Source: Chiloscyllium plagiosum (Eukaryota). From it: DNA of 64,000 nt. The stretch is from NCBI RefSeq assembly GCF_004010195.1, contig NC_057738.1, forward strand, positions 8,202,056-8,266,055, written 5' to 3'. Under the pieces are notes generated by a model. That model saw nothing but the letters and a program-made list of their open reading frames with translations. It did no database searches and was not told the DNA's origin. A program made the translations under genes and the position numbers. Each line of letters starts with the position of its first letter. Within the stretch, counting starts at the first letter, position 1. Of the stretch, positions 1 through 10,811 are shown piece after piece.

Positions 1-1
1 T

Positions 2-237
2 TGTAATGATTGGAAGGAGGTCAGTTAGGTGGCCCTCATAGAATATGATTTTCCTGATTGGGACTGCTAACCTGGTCCAAACAGGGAGTTCTGGCTGACA
101 GATATAATTAGGAGTGACAAGGGTTTTGCTCACTCTCGGAGCTGGCTCTGAGCCAGCTGGGTCAGTGTCATGTAGTATGCACATGTAAATAAAGGGTGAC
201 TTGATGATGGGATAACGGCTTTTGTGGAGATATTACA
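2..237 (+). mobile_element. Short solo LTR
   Basis: TGTAAT...ATTACA inverted termini, a TATA-like GATATAA and AATAAA. Homologous inverted copies lie at ~44231-44791 and ~54707-54765. Confidence 0.7.
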
Positions 238-790
238 CCATTCATCTCATTTGAATGTGCTCCTCCATTCAATGAGATCACAGCTGATCTGATCATCTCA
301 CTCCATATTCATGTGGTTTCCCCATAATCTTTGATTCCCTTACCAATTAAAAGCTGCCAATCTCAGCCTTGAGTATACTTAACAACCCAATGTTTGTAGT
401 CCTCTTGTGGTAAAGAATTCTACAAATTCATTACCCACATGAAAGAAGAAATTCCTGCTCATCACTGTCTTAAATGGGTAACACCTTACTTTGAGATTAC
501 GCCCTCTTGTCTGAGACTCTTCCACAAGGGGAAATTTCTGCATCCAATCTATCAGGTCTCCGAAGTATTTGGTACATTTCAGTAAGGTTGCCACTCATTA
601 TTCTAAATTCCATGAGTACAGTCCCAACCGATATATCATCTCCTCATAAGACAGTCCCTCCATCCCTCCATAGCCCAGTGAATCTTCATTGGTCTGCCTC
701 CAGTGCAGATAAGAGGCCCAATGTAGATATACAGCTGCATAAAACTGTTCATAGCATTACTGTGCCTTGAGTAGTTTTTGCAAGACTTCC
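238..790 (-). mobile_element. Old CR1 LINE 3' remnant
   Basis: Antisense frame reads TRGRNLKVRCYPFKTVMSRNFF, resembling the CR1 ORF2 C-terminus, followed by a CR1-like 3' UTR. Confidence 0.75.
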
Positions 791-1393
791 CTAATTTTAT
801 GCCTTGCTAGAATTTCACACTCAGTTCAAGGGTGAGCAACTAGCATCTCAGACGAGTATTCCTGAGTTCGACATAAGCAATTAGATCGGCATGAGAATAG
901 ATTCTGCCCTACTTTCTGGGCAGAAAGACTAAATCATATGACAGTTGATGAGCAGTGGCAATTTTTTATGCAGATACTCAATTGTTCCCACAAAAATATT
1001 TTCCAGAAAGGAAGAGAGGTAGTAAATGGGAAAGCATCCATGGCTAAACAAGGAAGTTAAAGATAACATAAAAGACAAAAACTATATTGTATACTATATT
1101 GCAAAGGCCACTTGCAGGCTGGACAATTGGCTAAATTTTAAAGATCAACAAAAGATTACTAATAAAAAAAAGAAAAGAGTAAGGTACATTATGAAAAAAC
1201 TAGTACAAACTACAAAAATGTATAGCAAAAGCTTGTATCAGTATATGAAAAGGAAGATAGTGTTTAAGTGAATGTTGATTCCTTGGAGGATGAGTCTGGG
1301 GAGTTAATAGTGAGAAACGCAGAAATAGCAGAGACACTAAAGCAATATTTTGGCTCCACTTTCATGGTGGAGGATATTAGAACCTTCACAATA

Positions 1394-1545
1394 GTAAAAT
1401 AAGAAGGTAAAATTGCCACAGTTCTACAAATCCACAGGGCTGCTCTCTCATTGGAGAAGAATGATTGGTGTTGGCTTAACCTGAGGATCTCACAGCTTAG
1501 GCAAGGAGTAAGCTTGAGAAGAAAGAACCTTCATGGTAACTTCAG
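1394..1545 (-). mobile_element. Short SINE-like insertion inside CR1
   Basis: Interrupts CR1 sequence that is contiguous in the copy at ~15800; CAATAG is duplicated on both sides; a related fragment is at ~23328. Family identity and strand are inferred. Confidence 0.5.
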
Positions 1546-1798
1546 CAATAGGATCAAGTAATGCAAAGGTTATAGAAAGGGAGGAACTTAGAATAATCAT
1601 CATCACGAGAGAAAATGTGCGAGTAGCCTGTTAGGATTAAAAGCAGACAAGTAACCAGGGCCTAATGGGCTATAATAGGTCATAAAGTAAGTGGCAACAG
1701 AGATAGTGGCTCCATTTGTTATATTATTCTAAAATTTCCTGGATGTGAGAAAGATTCCAGGGGATTGGAAAAATCCTAATATAATACTCTTATTCAAG

Positions 1799-2290
1799 TT
1801 TGTGAGAAGATTTGTAGCTCGGATGCTCGTTGTTGTGGTTCTGTTTGCCGAGCTGGGAATTTGTGTTGCAGACGTTTCGTCCCCTGTCTAGGTGAGATCC
1901 TTAGTGCTTGGGAGCCTCCTGTGAAGCGGTTCTGTGATCTTTCCTCCGGCATTTATAGTGGTTTGTCTCTGCCGGTTCTGGTTGTCAGTTCCAGCTGTCC
2001 GCTGCAGTGGCCGGTGTATTGGGTCCAGGTCGATGTGTTTGTTGATAGAATCTGTGGATGAGTGCCATGCCTCTAGGAATTCCCTGGCTGTTCTCTGTTT
2101 GGCTTGTCCTATAATAGTAGTTTTGACCCAGTCGAACTCATGTTGCCTGTCACCTGTGTGTGTGGCTACTTTCGTTTCGTGGCTAGTTGGTGTTCATGGA
2201 TACAGATCGTTAGCTGTCTTCCTGTTTGTCCTATGTAGTGTTTTGTGCAGTCCTTGCATGGGATTTTGTAGCGAACAGAACCACAACAAC
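1799..2290 (-). mobile_element. Penelope-like element 3' portion: GIY-YIG endonuclease plus pseudo-LTR
   Basis: Minus frame reads YKIPCKDCTKHYIGQTGRQLTICIHEH...AREFLEAWHS (GIY-YIG). An inverted copy of the pLTR end is at ~2270-2290 and TTATTCAA is duplicated on both flanks. Confidence 0.9.
1868..1907 (-). ncRNA. Type I hammerhead ribozyme motif with mutated core, in the Penelope pLTR
   Basis: Minus strand GCA-CTAAGGA-TCTCACC TAGACA GGGGAC-GAAAC-GTC-TGC: stem I GCA/TGC, GUC cleavage triplet, CUGA changed to CUAA. Confidence 0.7.
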
Positions 2291-3471
2291 CTTTATTCAA
2301 AATTGGATGGAGGAAGAAAGTAAGAAATTGTAGACCACTTGCTACAATATCTATTGTTGGGAAATTTGTACAATCTATAATTAAGAAAATAATAACAGGA
2401 CATTTGGAGAGACAAAACCCAAAACATCAGAGTCATCATGGTTTTATGAACAAGAGATTGTGTATGATAAATTTGTAAGAGTTATTTGAAAATATAACAA
2501 ACAAAATGGATAATAGGTAACCTCTACATGTCAAATGCCTGGACTTCCAAAAAGCATTTGATAAAGTATCGAATAAAGGTAAATACACAAGATAAGATCA
2601 CAAGGGGTTGGGATAATTTGTTAAGCAGGATAGAAGATTGGTTTACCAACAGAAAGCAGACAGGTTGCATAAATGTGTCTTTTTCTAGTTGGCAAGGTGT
2701 AACTTGTGGGGTGCCTCAGGATTTTGTCCTTGGGTCCTGACTATTTACAATGTATATGACTGATTTGATAGAAGATAGTCCAGCCAAATTTTCAGATGAC
2801 ACTAAAATAGGTGGGAAAGTATGATGCATTAAGTATTAAGAAATTTACAAATGCATATGGATAGGTTAGCTGAATGGGCCAAAATTTAGTAGATGTAGTT
2901 TAACATAGATAACTGTAAGCTTATCCATTTTGGTCAGAAGAATAGAAAGGCATTTTTTCATTTAAATGGAGAGAGATTTTAGAGTGCTTCATTGCAGAGA
3001 GATCTGGATGTCCTTGTGCATGAATCACAGAAAACTAATATGCAGCTACAGCAGGTAATAAGGAAGGCAAATGGAATTTTGGCATTTGATGCAAAAGATA
3101 TAAAATATAAAAGGAAGTGTTGCTTCAACTGTACAAGGCATTAGTGAGACTGTACCTGGAGTTTTGTGTACAGTTTTGTTCCCCTACTTGAGGAGGAACA
3201 CAGTTGCATTGGAGGCAGTTCAGAGGAGGTTCACTTGATTGATTCCAGAGGTGATGGAAGTGTCTTCAGAAGAGACATTGAGGAGTTTAGGCCTACACTT
3301 TCTGTAGTTTGGAAGAATAGGAAGAGATCTAATTGGTCTGCATCAGACACAAAGAACATTGAAATGTAGACACAGAGAGATTGTTTCCATGTCTAGGCAT
3401 TCTAGAATGAAAGGTCATAGTTTTAGGACAAGGGGTAGCAGAATTAAAACAGAGATGAGGAGAAATTACAA

Positions 3472-4031
3472 AGAGTCATAGAGGTGTACAGTATGGAAAC
3501 AGGCCCATCAGTTCAACTTGTCCATGCTGAGCAGATATCCTCACCTAATCTAGTCCCATTTCCCAGCACTTGGCCCATATCCTTCTAAGCTCTTCCTAAT
3601 CATATACCCATCCAGATGGCTTTTAAATGTTGTAATTGTACCAGCCTTTACCACTTCCTCTGGTAGTTCATTCCATACACACACCACCCTCTGCATGAGA
3701 AAGTTGCCCCTTAGGTCCCTTTTAAATTTTTCCCCTCTCACCCTAAACCTATGCCCTCTAGTTCTGGATTCCCCCACCCCAAGGAAAAGAACCTATCTAT
3801 TTACCCTATCCATGTCTCTCATTATTTTATAAACCTCTATAAGGTAACACCTCAACCTCTGACGATCCAGGGAAAACAGCCCCAGCCTATTCAGCCTCTC
3901 CTTGTAGCTCCAATCCTCCAAGCCTGGCAACATTCTTGTAAAACTTTTCTGAACTCTTTCAAGTTTCACAACATTCTACTGATAGGAGGGAGACCGGAAT
4001 CATACAAAATAGACCAGAATTGCATACAATC
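3472..4031 (-). mobile_element. Younger HER1/CR1 3' end nested in the older CR1
   Basis: ORF MGESRTRGHRFRVRGEKFKRDLRGNFLMQRVVCVWNELPEEVV followed by a CTCTATGACTCT tail. Confidence 0.92.
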
Positions 4032-4984
4032 TTTCAAAGCGTTGTGAATCTGTGGAATTCAGTACTCCAGAGTGGAGTGGATGCAGGAACATTGAGTAAA
4101 TTTAAGGAGATAGACAGATTTTTATTTAATGATAGGTTAAAGGTTATGGAGAGTAAGCAGGAAAGTGTAGTTGAGGCCAAGATATAATGATACTGAATGG
4201 CAGGACAAGTTCTATGGCTGAATTCCTATCCCTGCTCACCGTTACTATGTTCTTGAATGTAGACATATTAGCAGAACAAACAGGGCACAAACAGAGAAGA
4301 AAGGGTTAATACAAATGGTCATCTTCCAGAATTACAAAAGAATCACACAGCTCGGTGAAACAATAACAATGCTGTATGAACGACGCTAGGCCGGGAGCAT
4401 ATTGTTCCTTTCCCATGAGAAAAAAGCCAGATGTGCCATCCTAAGACATTAAAACATCATACAGGGGCAATAAACAAATAGGGTGTTCCAGTCAGAAAAG
4501 ATTAGGATATCCCATCAAAACAAGATTAAAAACATAGCAATTGGCCATCTGTTTAGCTTCCATTCTCTTTCTGTACATATGCCCTGATATTAATTTACTT
4601 TTCAAACATCATAGATGGAATTTGACCATCATTAGATGAATATAATCATATGTATTGCAAACAGTTGGTACATTCAACTAATGTAACTTTCACATAAAAA
4701 GAACATAACATCACCGTTTTGTAACAGCTCTGGGCAATCCATTTTTCCCACAGGACAAATGGCTCTCCCTTACAAATGCACGAATGAACCTCAGTTAAGC
4801 TTTCAAGTGTCTGCATTTGGTTTTGTAAATGGAGTTAAAATAAGTAAAAACTTACCCTTTCTTCAAGCTTACATTATATTTCATTACACTGCAGCAAACC
4901 AGGTGTGTGGGTGGTGCATTAAAATGCTGGGCAACCAGAAAGTTGGGATGATGTTTGCAAACTTACAGGAGGCATCTCACAAAT

Positions 4985-5100
4985 CGCAAAGCAGCCACAC
5001 AGTCTGTATTGGTCACCTCAGAGAAGAGGAAGCTGTATTATGGGTAATAAATACAGTATCCGAAATGAAGTGGAAGTAAAGTCTTGCTTTTTACCTGGAT
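4985..5100 (-). mobile_element. Highly decayed Penelope GIY-YIG remnant
   Basis: Antisense sequence loosely resembles the YIGET-coding segment of GIY-YIG elements; weak by-eye match. Confidence 0.4.
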
Positions 5101-5584
5101 GCCTTACCTGTTGTGCCTTTATGCCTCCAAATTCAAACATGATACAGTAAGATTTTTAAATTAAAATCCTAAGTAATTGCTCACAAAAGATTTCTTTCCA
5201 GTCTTGATCATTTCCAGCCTTTTGCATTAAAAATGTAATTATTAAATATGTTGAATTAAGCGACATAAAGCAATGAATTGGGATTGCAGTCTTAGATAAA
5301 AGAAAACTATTGGAACATTTGAATTAAGTAACTCTGAAGTAAAAGTAGATAGTAAATGACTAAAAACTATAATTATGTTCCCAAAATTAATATTTTGAAA
5401 AAGACTATTTTTTAAAAACTTCAACAGATGTAATTGATATGCTGTTATAATACGCTCACTTTTGGAACTCAATACATAAACAACAAGATAAGGGAGTTCC
5501 AATTTTGATCAATAATTCATGTTGGCCATTATGACTAATCACAAGATAAACAGAATCATCGATTATGGCTACAGTCACATTTAG

Positions 5585-5809
5585 GAGAAAGTGAGGACTG
5601 CAGATGCTGGAGATCAGAGCTGAAAATGTGTTGCTGGAAAAGCACAGCAGGTCAGGCAGCATCCAAGGAACAGGAGAATCGACTTTTCAGGCATGAGCCC
5701 TTCTTCAGGAAGGGCTTATTCCTGAAGAAGGGCTCATGCCCGAAACATCGATTTTCCTGTTCCTTGGATGCTGCCTGACCTGCTGTGCTTTTCTAGCAAC
5801 ACATTTTCA
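5585..5809. mobile_element. Fold-back Penelope pLTR mini-element with hammerhead motifs on both strands
   Basis: ~94-bp inverted arms (5618-5711 / 5719-5812); 17-bp TSD GCTACAGTCACATTTAG at 5568-5584 and 5810-5826; CTGAAGA-A-GGGC-TCAT-GCCC-GAAAC at 5722-5746. Confidence 0.88.
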
Positions 5810-5819
5810 GCTACAGTCA

Positions 5820-6065
5820 CATTTAGTGGCAGTATATGGAAGAAATTACCAAAAAGCACCAAACTCATTTAACATACACATGAAAAGTGTTTTAGGGTCT
5901 TTTGTGTTTGCATTTTCTCTAGCTTAAGACTTATAAATTATAGATTTCCTTTGAACTTATTTTTAGTATTTTTCAACTGCACAACTTTAAAGGAGCTTGG
6001 TGCTTTTTGGTAGCAGCCCTGAGTTCTGGAAGTTGTTAACTTGTGCCATCAGCTGCCACTACATG
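5820..6065. repeat. MITE-like element with nested inverted repeats
   Basis: 5847-5872 is the reverse complement of 5987-6012 (24/26 matches); an outer imperfect inverted repeat pairs ~5820-5844 with 6041-6065. Confidence 0.55.
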
Positions 6066-6524
6066 GTATTGCAGCTTTAGCAATTGATTCCATTTGTTTT
6101 GTGATTGATTGCAATGATCAACATGAATTATTAAACAAAATTGTTCTATTTGTATAAGATCAATGTACTTCTACATCTGATTAAAATTTGGAGCAGTTCC
6201 CTCAGTTTCATTCTCTTGCTCACAGCTATTCTCCTGATAATTAGAGATCTCTGGTAAACATCAGCCAAAATCTACGAATGAAGGGTGTAAAACAATTTAG
6301 GGATGTACAGCTTAGTGCAGATACCATGTCAATTCCCAGAACAGCAGCTGACAGCTGTATTCTAACTTCTTGTCTTGCAATTTCCCATGCACGTCAGGAA
6401 TAACTGAAACTATGAAGATAACTTTCAGTTCAAGTAATTTTAGCTTCTGAGGTTATTTATTTCTTCATCCCACCCCAGCATTTACAAGAAAGATAAATAA
6501 TGCTGTTTAAATGCTGTGCCTTAC

Positions 6525-6606
6525 CTCTTCTCCTTTAGGTGTAGATAAATCCCCTTCCTTCAGAATCAGGGACAAGGGTGGGGGGGACTTGTAACATTGT
6601 ACCTTC
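6525..6606 (-). CDS. Candidate internal coding exon of an unidentified host gene
   Basis: ctctcattag acceptor, GAG|gtaagg donor, 82 nt, open as KVQCYKSPPPLSLILKEGDLSTPKGEE (phase 2 to 0), in non-repeat DNA. Confidence 0.45.
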
Positions 6607-7000
6607 CTAATGAGAGTTACTTAACTAAAAATTCGATAGACAATGCTGAATAATAATTTCATACAAAATGATCATAAAAATGAAAAGAAAGCTGTAATCT
6701 TACTGTCCTGTTGCTTTTCTTTTGGTAACTGATTTGATATTGAAATCATCTATTTTAATTAAAATTTCACACTCTGACCTGTATTGCTAGGATTAAATCA
6801 GAGAAAGTTGCTTGCTATCTTTACTCAGGTCTCAGAGACCTCATTGTGAAATTATTAGCTTACACTTTCACTAATCAGCCACTCAAAAATTTTACAACTA
6901 ATTATGCAATGACATGTCTAACAGATGTGCTTTTATAATTTTTTTTACTGCATCTATACCAATCAGGCAATTAGTTTGATCCAGATTTCTACAACATAGA

Positions 7001-9500
7001 AGGCTGAATATTACAGGGTTTTTTTTTGTCTAAGTCATGTCAGGTGTGGTGGAGTGACACTTGCTGAAAGATCAAGCAAGATTCTCGTTGTATCTTACCA
7101 AACTTGCCATATTAATTGGCATTTCAGCTCCATAGTGAGTATAATGTCTGACTTCTGCTCCACCTTTCCATGCACTGCTCACAAAGAAACTCACCATTCA
7201 CTGAATATTCGTCCTAAGACCAACACCCACTTCATCTGTGCTATCTTTCAAAGCCCACAGTGCACCTGCAGGAGTGCAGATATATGGAAGCAACCCTGCT
7301 CTGTCATGAGAGGAGTCAGGAGAGGATTTGGAGGTCCTTCTTGACAAAGTGATTGAGGCGAGAGAAGTTCTCTTTCCAGAGAATTGGCAGAGGACGCCGT
7401 GCCACCACACTGCACCAGCCTGATTGGAGATTGTCACCTGCATTAGCGTCATCTCCATGATGAGGACTAGTCTGCAGTGCAGGCAGAAGGTGAATGACCC
7501 TTTTCACTCTGCCATCCTAAGTGTCATACTCGTCTGTCTGCTATTTCACATTCACTCTATTTCTGCTACCAAACCTACCTCCCAAAAAGGCTCATCCTGA
7601 CACTCCCTTTGCTGCACGCAACAACTTCCCTCATTCGCCATCGTTACTTCCCTCATGCTTCCATGCCCACTAAGTCTGCATGCCCATCACACTGCCTCCT
7701 CACTCCCTCACAGCATCTCAACCCCCTGCCCCCCCATGTGTACCAGTCCTAATAGCCGTGCTACCCTCTTTTGTCTGAATCATTTGCGCGTTTCTGTCAT
7801 TACAAGAGAAGAGAGTCCATAACAGGACAGAGTGACTTGGACAGGTGGGTGGATGGGGAGGGGGGAGACGCTAGATATCTATGTCCTCGCTTCATCCAGT
7901 AAAGAGTATTTACCCTGACAGGAGAAGATTGGGACCGCTCCAATGGAGATGCAGAGACATTCATACCAACACCCAAAATAAGTGACATTTGTCATCCCCC
8001 TGCAATGGCCACATTAACCAGGCAGTCAGTGCAGTCTGCCTCCATGGACAGGGGAGCAATTCAACACCCTCAAAGGCTGATGGAGAGTTGACAATGGCTG
8101 CACTCCTTTGCCTCCTAGTACAGGTGACTCTCCCCACAAGGGGAAAGGATGGTGCCAGGAGGCACACAGTCAGAGGAGGAACTACACAAAAGCCTTTTGA
8201 TAATATCCACTTAGAAGACTGCAGAGCTAGTCAGGCCTTCCACCTCCAATTTGCCAGTCCACTCTCTGAGCCCTAGAAGTTACAGCCCAGGAATGTCTCC
8301 TTACAAGGGGTAAGCTCACCCTCAGCAGGCCTGGTCTGTCCAGACCCAAATGCCCCAAGGTCACTGAACCAAAGCTTCAAAACGGAAGAAGTTGCCTCTA
8401 CCACATTTGTGGTATGAGGGAGCTCAGTGCAGTGCAACAAGAGGGACAGGAAGATAAAAGTGTACTTAGGACACATGGGGGTAATGGCTAAAAATGTTTT
8501 ATATAGAGAGGTTTGTCTTCCACTATGCAAATAGTTTCTTCATTTCATGACCCTTGTTTATTTGCCATTCACATAGTTGTTCCCTGGGGCATAGGTGCTT
8601 CATTGAACACTGCGCCACGCCTTGACCATTAAGGAGGCATAAAAATTAAGGGGATTGTGATGAACACTAAATACATTATGTGAGAGCGGGGGCAACAATA
8701 CATGCATAGCATTGGCTGACTCTGACACCTTGTGTCTCCTCTCCTTCGACTTTGCCTCCTATCCGGCTGGCTGTGTGTGTGTGCAGGAGTATGTATCTCA
8801 GAGCGACAGTGCTAAGGAAAGCAAGACAGAGTGTCAATGTTGCAGGATGGTCAGGGAGTAGACTCCCTGAATACATGTGTTGCCAAAGTATCATGTATTC
8901 ATGGCCAATGTGATTCCCTTGCAAACACTCAGTGACTAGTTGCAAATGCAGTCCCTTCCTTCATCTGTTGGCTCACTTACGTCATTCACTGTGAGTGCCT
9001 CCTTGGCTGTTATTCCCAAAAGCTATGCACATTCTTCACAACTGGGATGCCAGAGAGTACTCCTTTGCCAGTGGCTTTCAGCTTCTATGTTAACATGCCA
9101 CTGCGAGCCCCAACACCACCTTCTCCTTTCAAGATGCCCTTTCTGTCCAACAGACAGATTTTATACTTCTCCAAATCATCACCCAATCTTTGGAATTGCA
9201 AACAACCTAACTACCTGTCCTTCCCGCTTTCCTCAGCACTCCTCTCCCTTAATTTCTATGAAAGGAGGCATGGGTGTCCCATAGATCTCAAGCAGCCTCA
9301 CCTGCCAGTGCTTGCCCTTACCTGCTGAGGCCCCAATCTAGTGGATACAAACATCCTTGATGGCATCATCGCTAACCCCTGTACTGGCCCCCATGTCGAC
9401 ATGGGACTGACTGTGACCTGTTCCTGGAGCAGAGTGGCATAGTGTCCCTGAGCAAAGCCACCCCGACCAGACATCTGACTGTGTACAAAGCCTGGAATTA
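7001..9500 (+). mobile_element. Decayed PIF/Harbinger-like element with a Myb/SANT-like gene remnant
   Basis: 7320-7515 translates EDLEVLLDKVIEAREVLFP..LEIV..S..RTSLQCRQKVND, and ~7803 reads QEKRVHNR after an intron-like spacer. Boundaries are approximate. Confidence 0.65.
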
Positions 9501-9589
9501 GTATGGGAGGCTGCCCTTAACTAATTGTACTGGGTCCCCTGACTGACAGTACCCTCAAGACTCACACTGTGGACTACTACCCTTAGACT

Positions 9590-9830
9590 TTTAGATGAGG
9601 CAAAAAGGAAAAGGAGGTGATGTAGCTTTTGTTAGGAAAGTGCCGTAGTGAAAAATGAGCACTGGAGATCAAGTGTTGAATTAGTCTGGGTAGAAATAAA
9701 AAAAATCAAAGAAAAAAGTCCCTGCTGGGAATAATCTATAGGTTCCCTAACAGTAGTCCTGCAGTGGGTACAAAATAAACCAGGAAATACTAGGGGCTTG
9801 TAAGAAAGTTACAGCAATAACCATGGCTAA
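9590..9830 (+). mobile_element. CR1 endonuclease fragment, left part of a copy split by L1
   Basis: KGKGGDVA..VELVWVEI..GIIYR-like motifs; the sequence resumes at 13932 after the TSD. Confidence 0.8.
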
Positions 9831-10660
9831 GTTAAAAAATACATATATTTCTATTGAAAAATTGATTTTTTAATATTACAACAAATACAAAACAATGCAA
9901 TTCAAAACAATACAAAGAAAGAACACCAAAAAAATTTTAAAAACCCAAACCGCCCTCAAGTACAAATGTATAAATATGTATAGAAAGATATTTAATAAAA
10001 ACCCCCAACTACTTAACTAAATAATAATAACTAACAACAAACTAATAAATAAAATAATACAGCTCAGCTAGACAAAACACTAACTCTCAAATATCGAGAG
10101 CATTAACTTTCACATATTCGTACGTTCGCAGCTCCCCCTCTCTGGATATTGGACTCATAAAGCACAATTATTACGGCTAAATAAAAGCCCTTATTAGTGT
10201 GGAAGTCAAATCTGTGTCCAGGTATTCCAAAAATGGCCACCATGTCTTCTACAAATTCTCAGTTTTGTGGTGTATCATACTTGTGAGAAAATCCAAGGGG
10301 ATATGCTCCATAACAATCTTCCACCAACCCAATAGTCCTGGGGATTTTTGAATACCCAACCTAGCAAGATTTTCTTTCTTGCGCAGAAAGTAAGGATGTT
10401 GAAAAGGTTTTCTTATGCGCATCTACAGGGATCACACTGGGCAGGCCAAGAAGAAGAGAGATCAGGTCCTTCTCCACCCTTACACCCAAAATCCCCTCCA
10501 TTGCACCTGCCGCAGCACTCCAGTATGTTTGAAGCCTGCCACAGGACCAGAGACAATGGGTAAGAGGGCCTGTACAGACCTTACACTTGGGACATGTTGA
10601 AGATACTCCTGGTTTAAATTTTGACAAACGATCCAGAGCCAAGTGGACCCTGTGGAGAAT

Positions 10661-10811
10661 TTGGCAGAGGGAAAAGTGTAGCTTTATTCCTGATGAAGGG
10701 CTTTTGCCCGAAACGTCGATTTCACTGCTCCTTGGATGCTGCATGAACTGCTGTGCTCTTCCAGCAACACTACCCAGAATCTGGTTTCCAGTATCTGCAA
10801 TCATTGTTTTT
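10661..10811 (+). mobile_element. Penelope pLTR mini-insertion inside L1
   Basis: 14-bp TSD ACCCTGTGGAGAAT at 10647-10660 and 10812-10825; same family as 5585-5809. Confidence 0.88.
10686..10721 (+). ncRNA. Minimal type I hammerhead ribozyme motif with intact core
   Basis: ATTC-CTGATGA-A-GGGC-TTTT-GCCC-GAAAC-GTC-GATT: complete CUGAUGA/GAAA core, 4-bp stem II, palindromic ACGU stem III and a GUC site. Confidence 0.8.

Larger units (their letters stand above)
900..4255 (+). mobile_element. Degenerate CR1 ORF2 (linker-RT-3' end) hosting three nested insertions
   Basis: Fragments HPWLNKEVKD, WQGVTCGVPQDFVLG and FSDDTKIGG with many stops and frameshifts; interrupted at ~1394, ~1799 and ~3472. 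Confidence 0.9.

Noticed and set aside
5618-5812. Palindromic repeats as a CRISPR array, terminators or pre-miRNA genes
   Set aside because: There is no repeat-spacer periodicity and no cas genes; the copies are dispersed, carry TSDs and match Penelope pLTR/hammerhead architecture.
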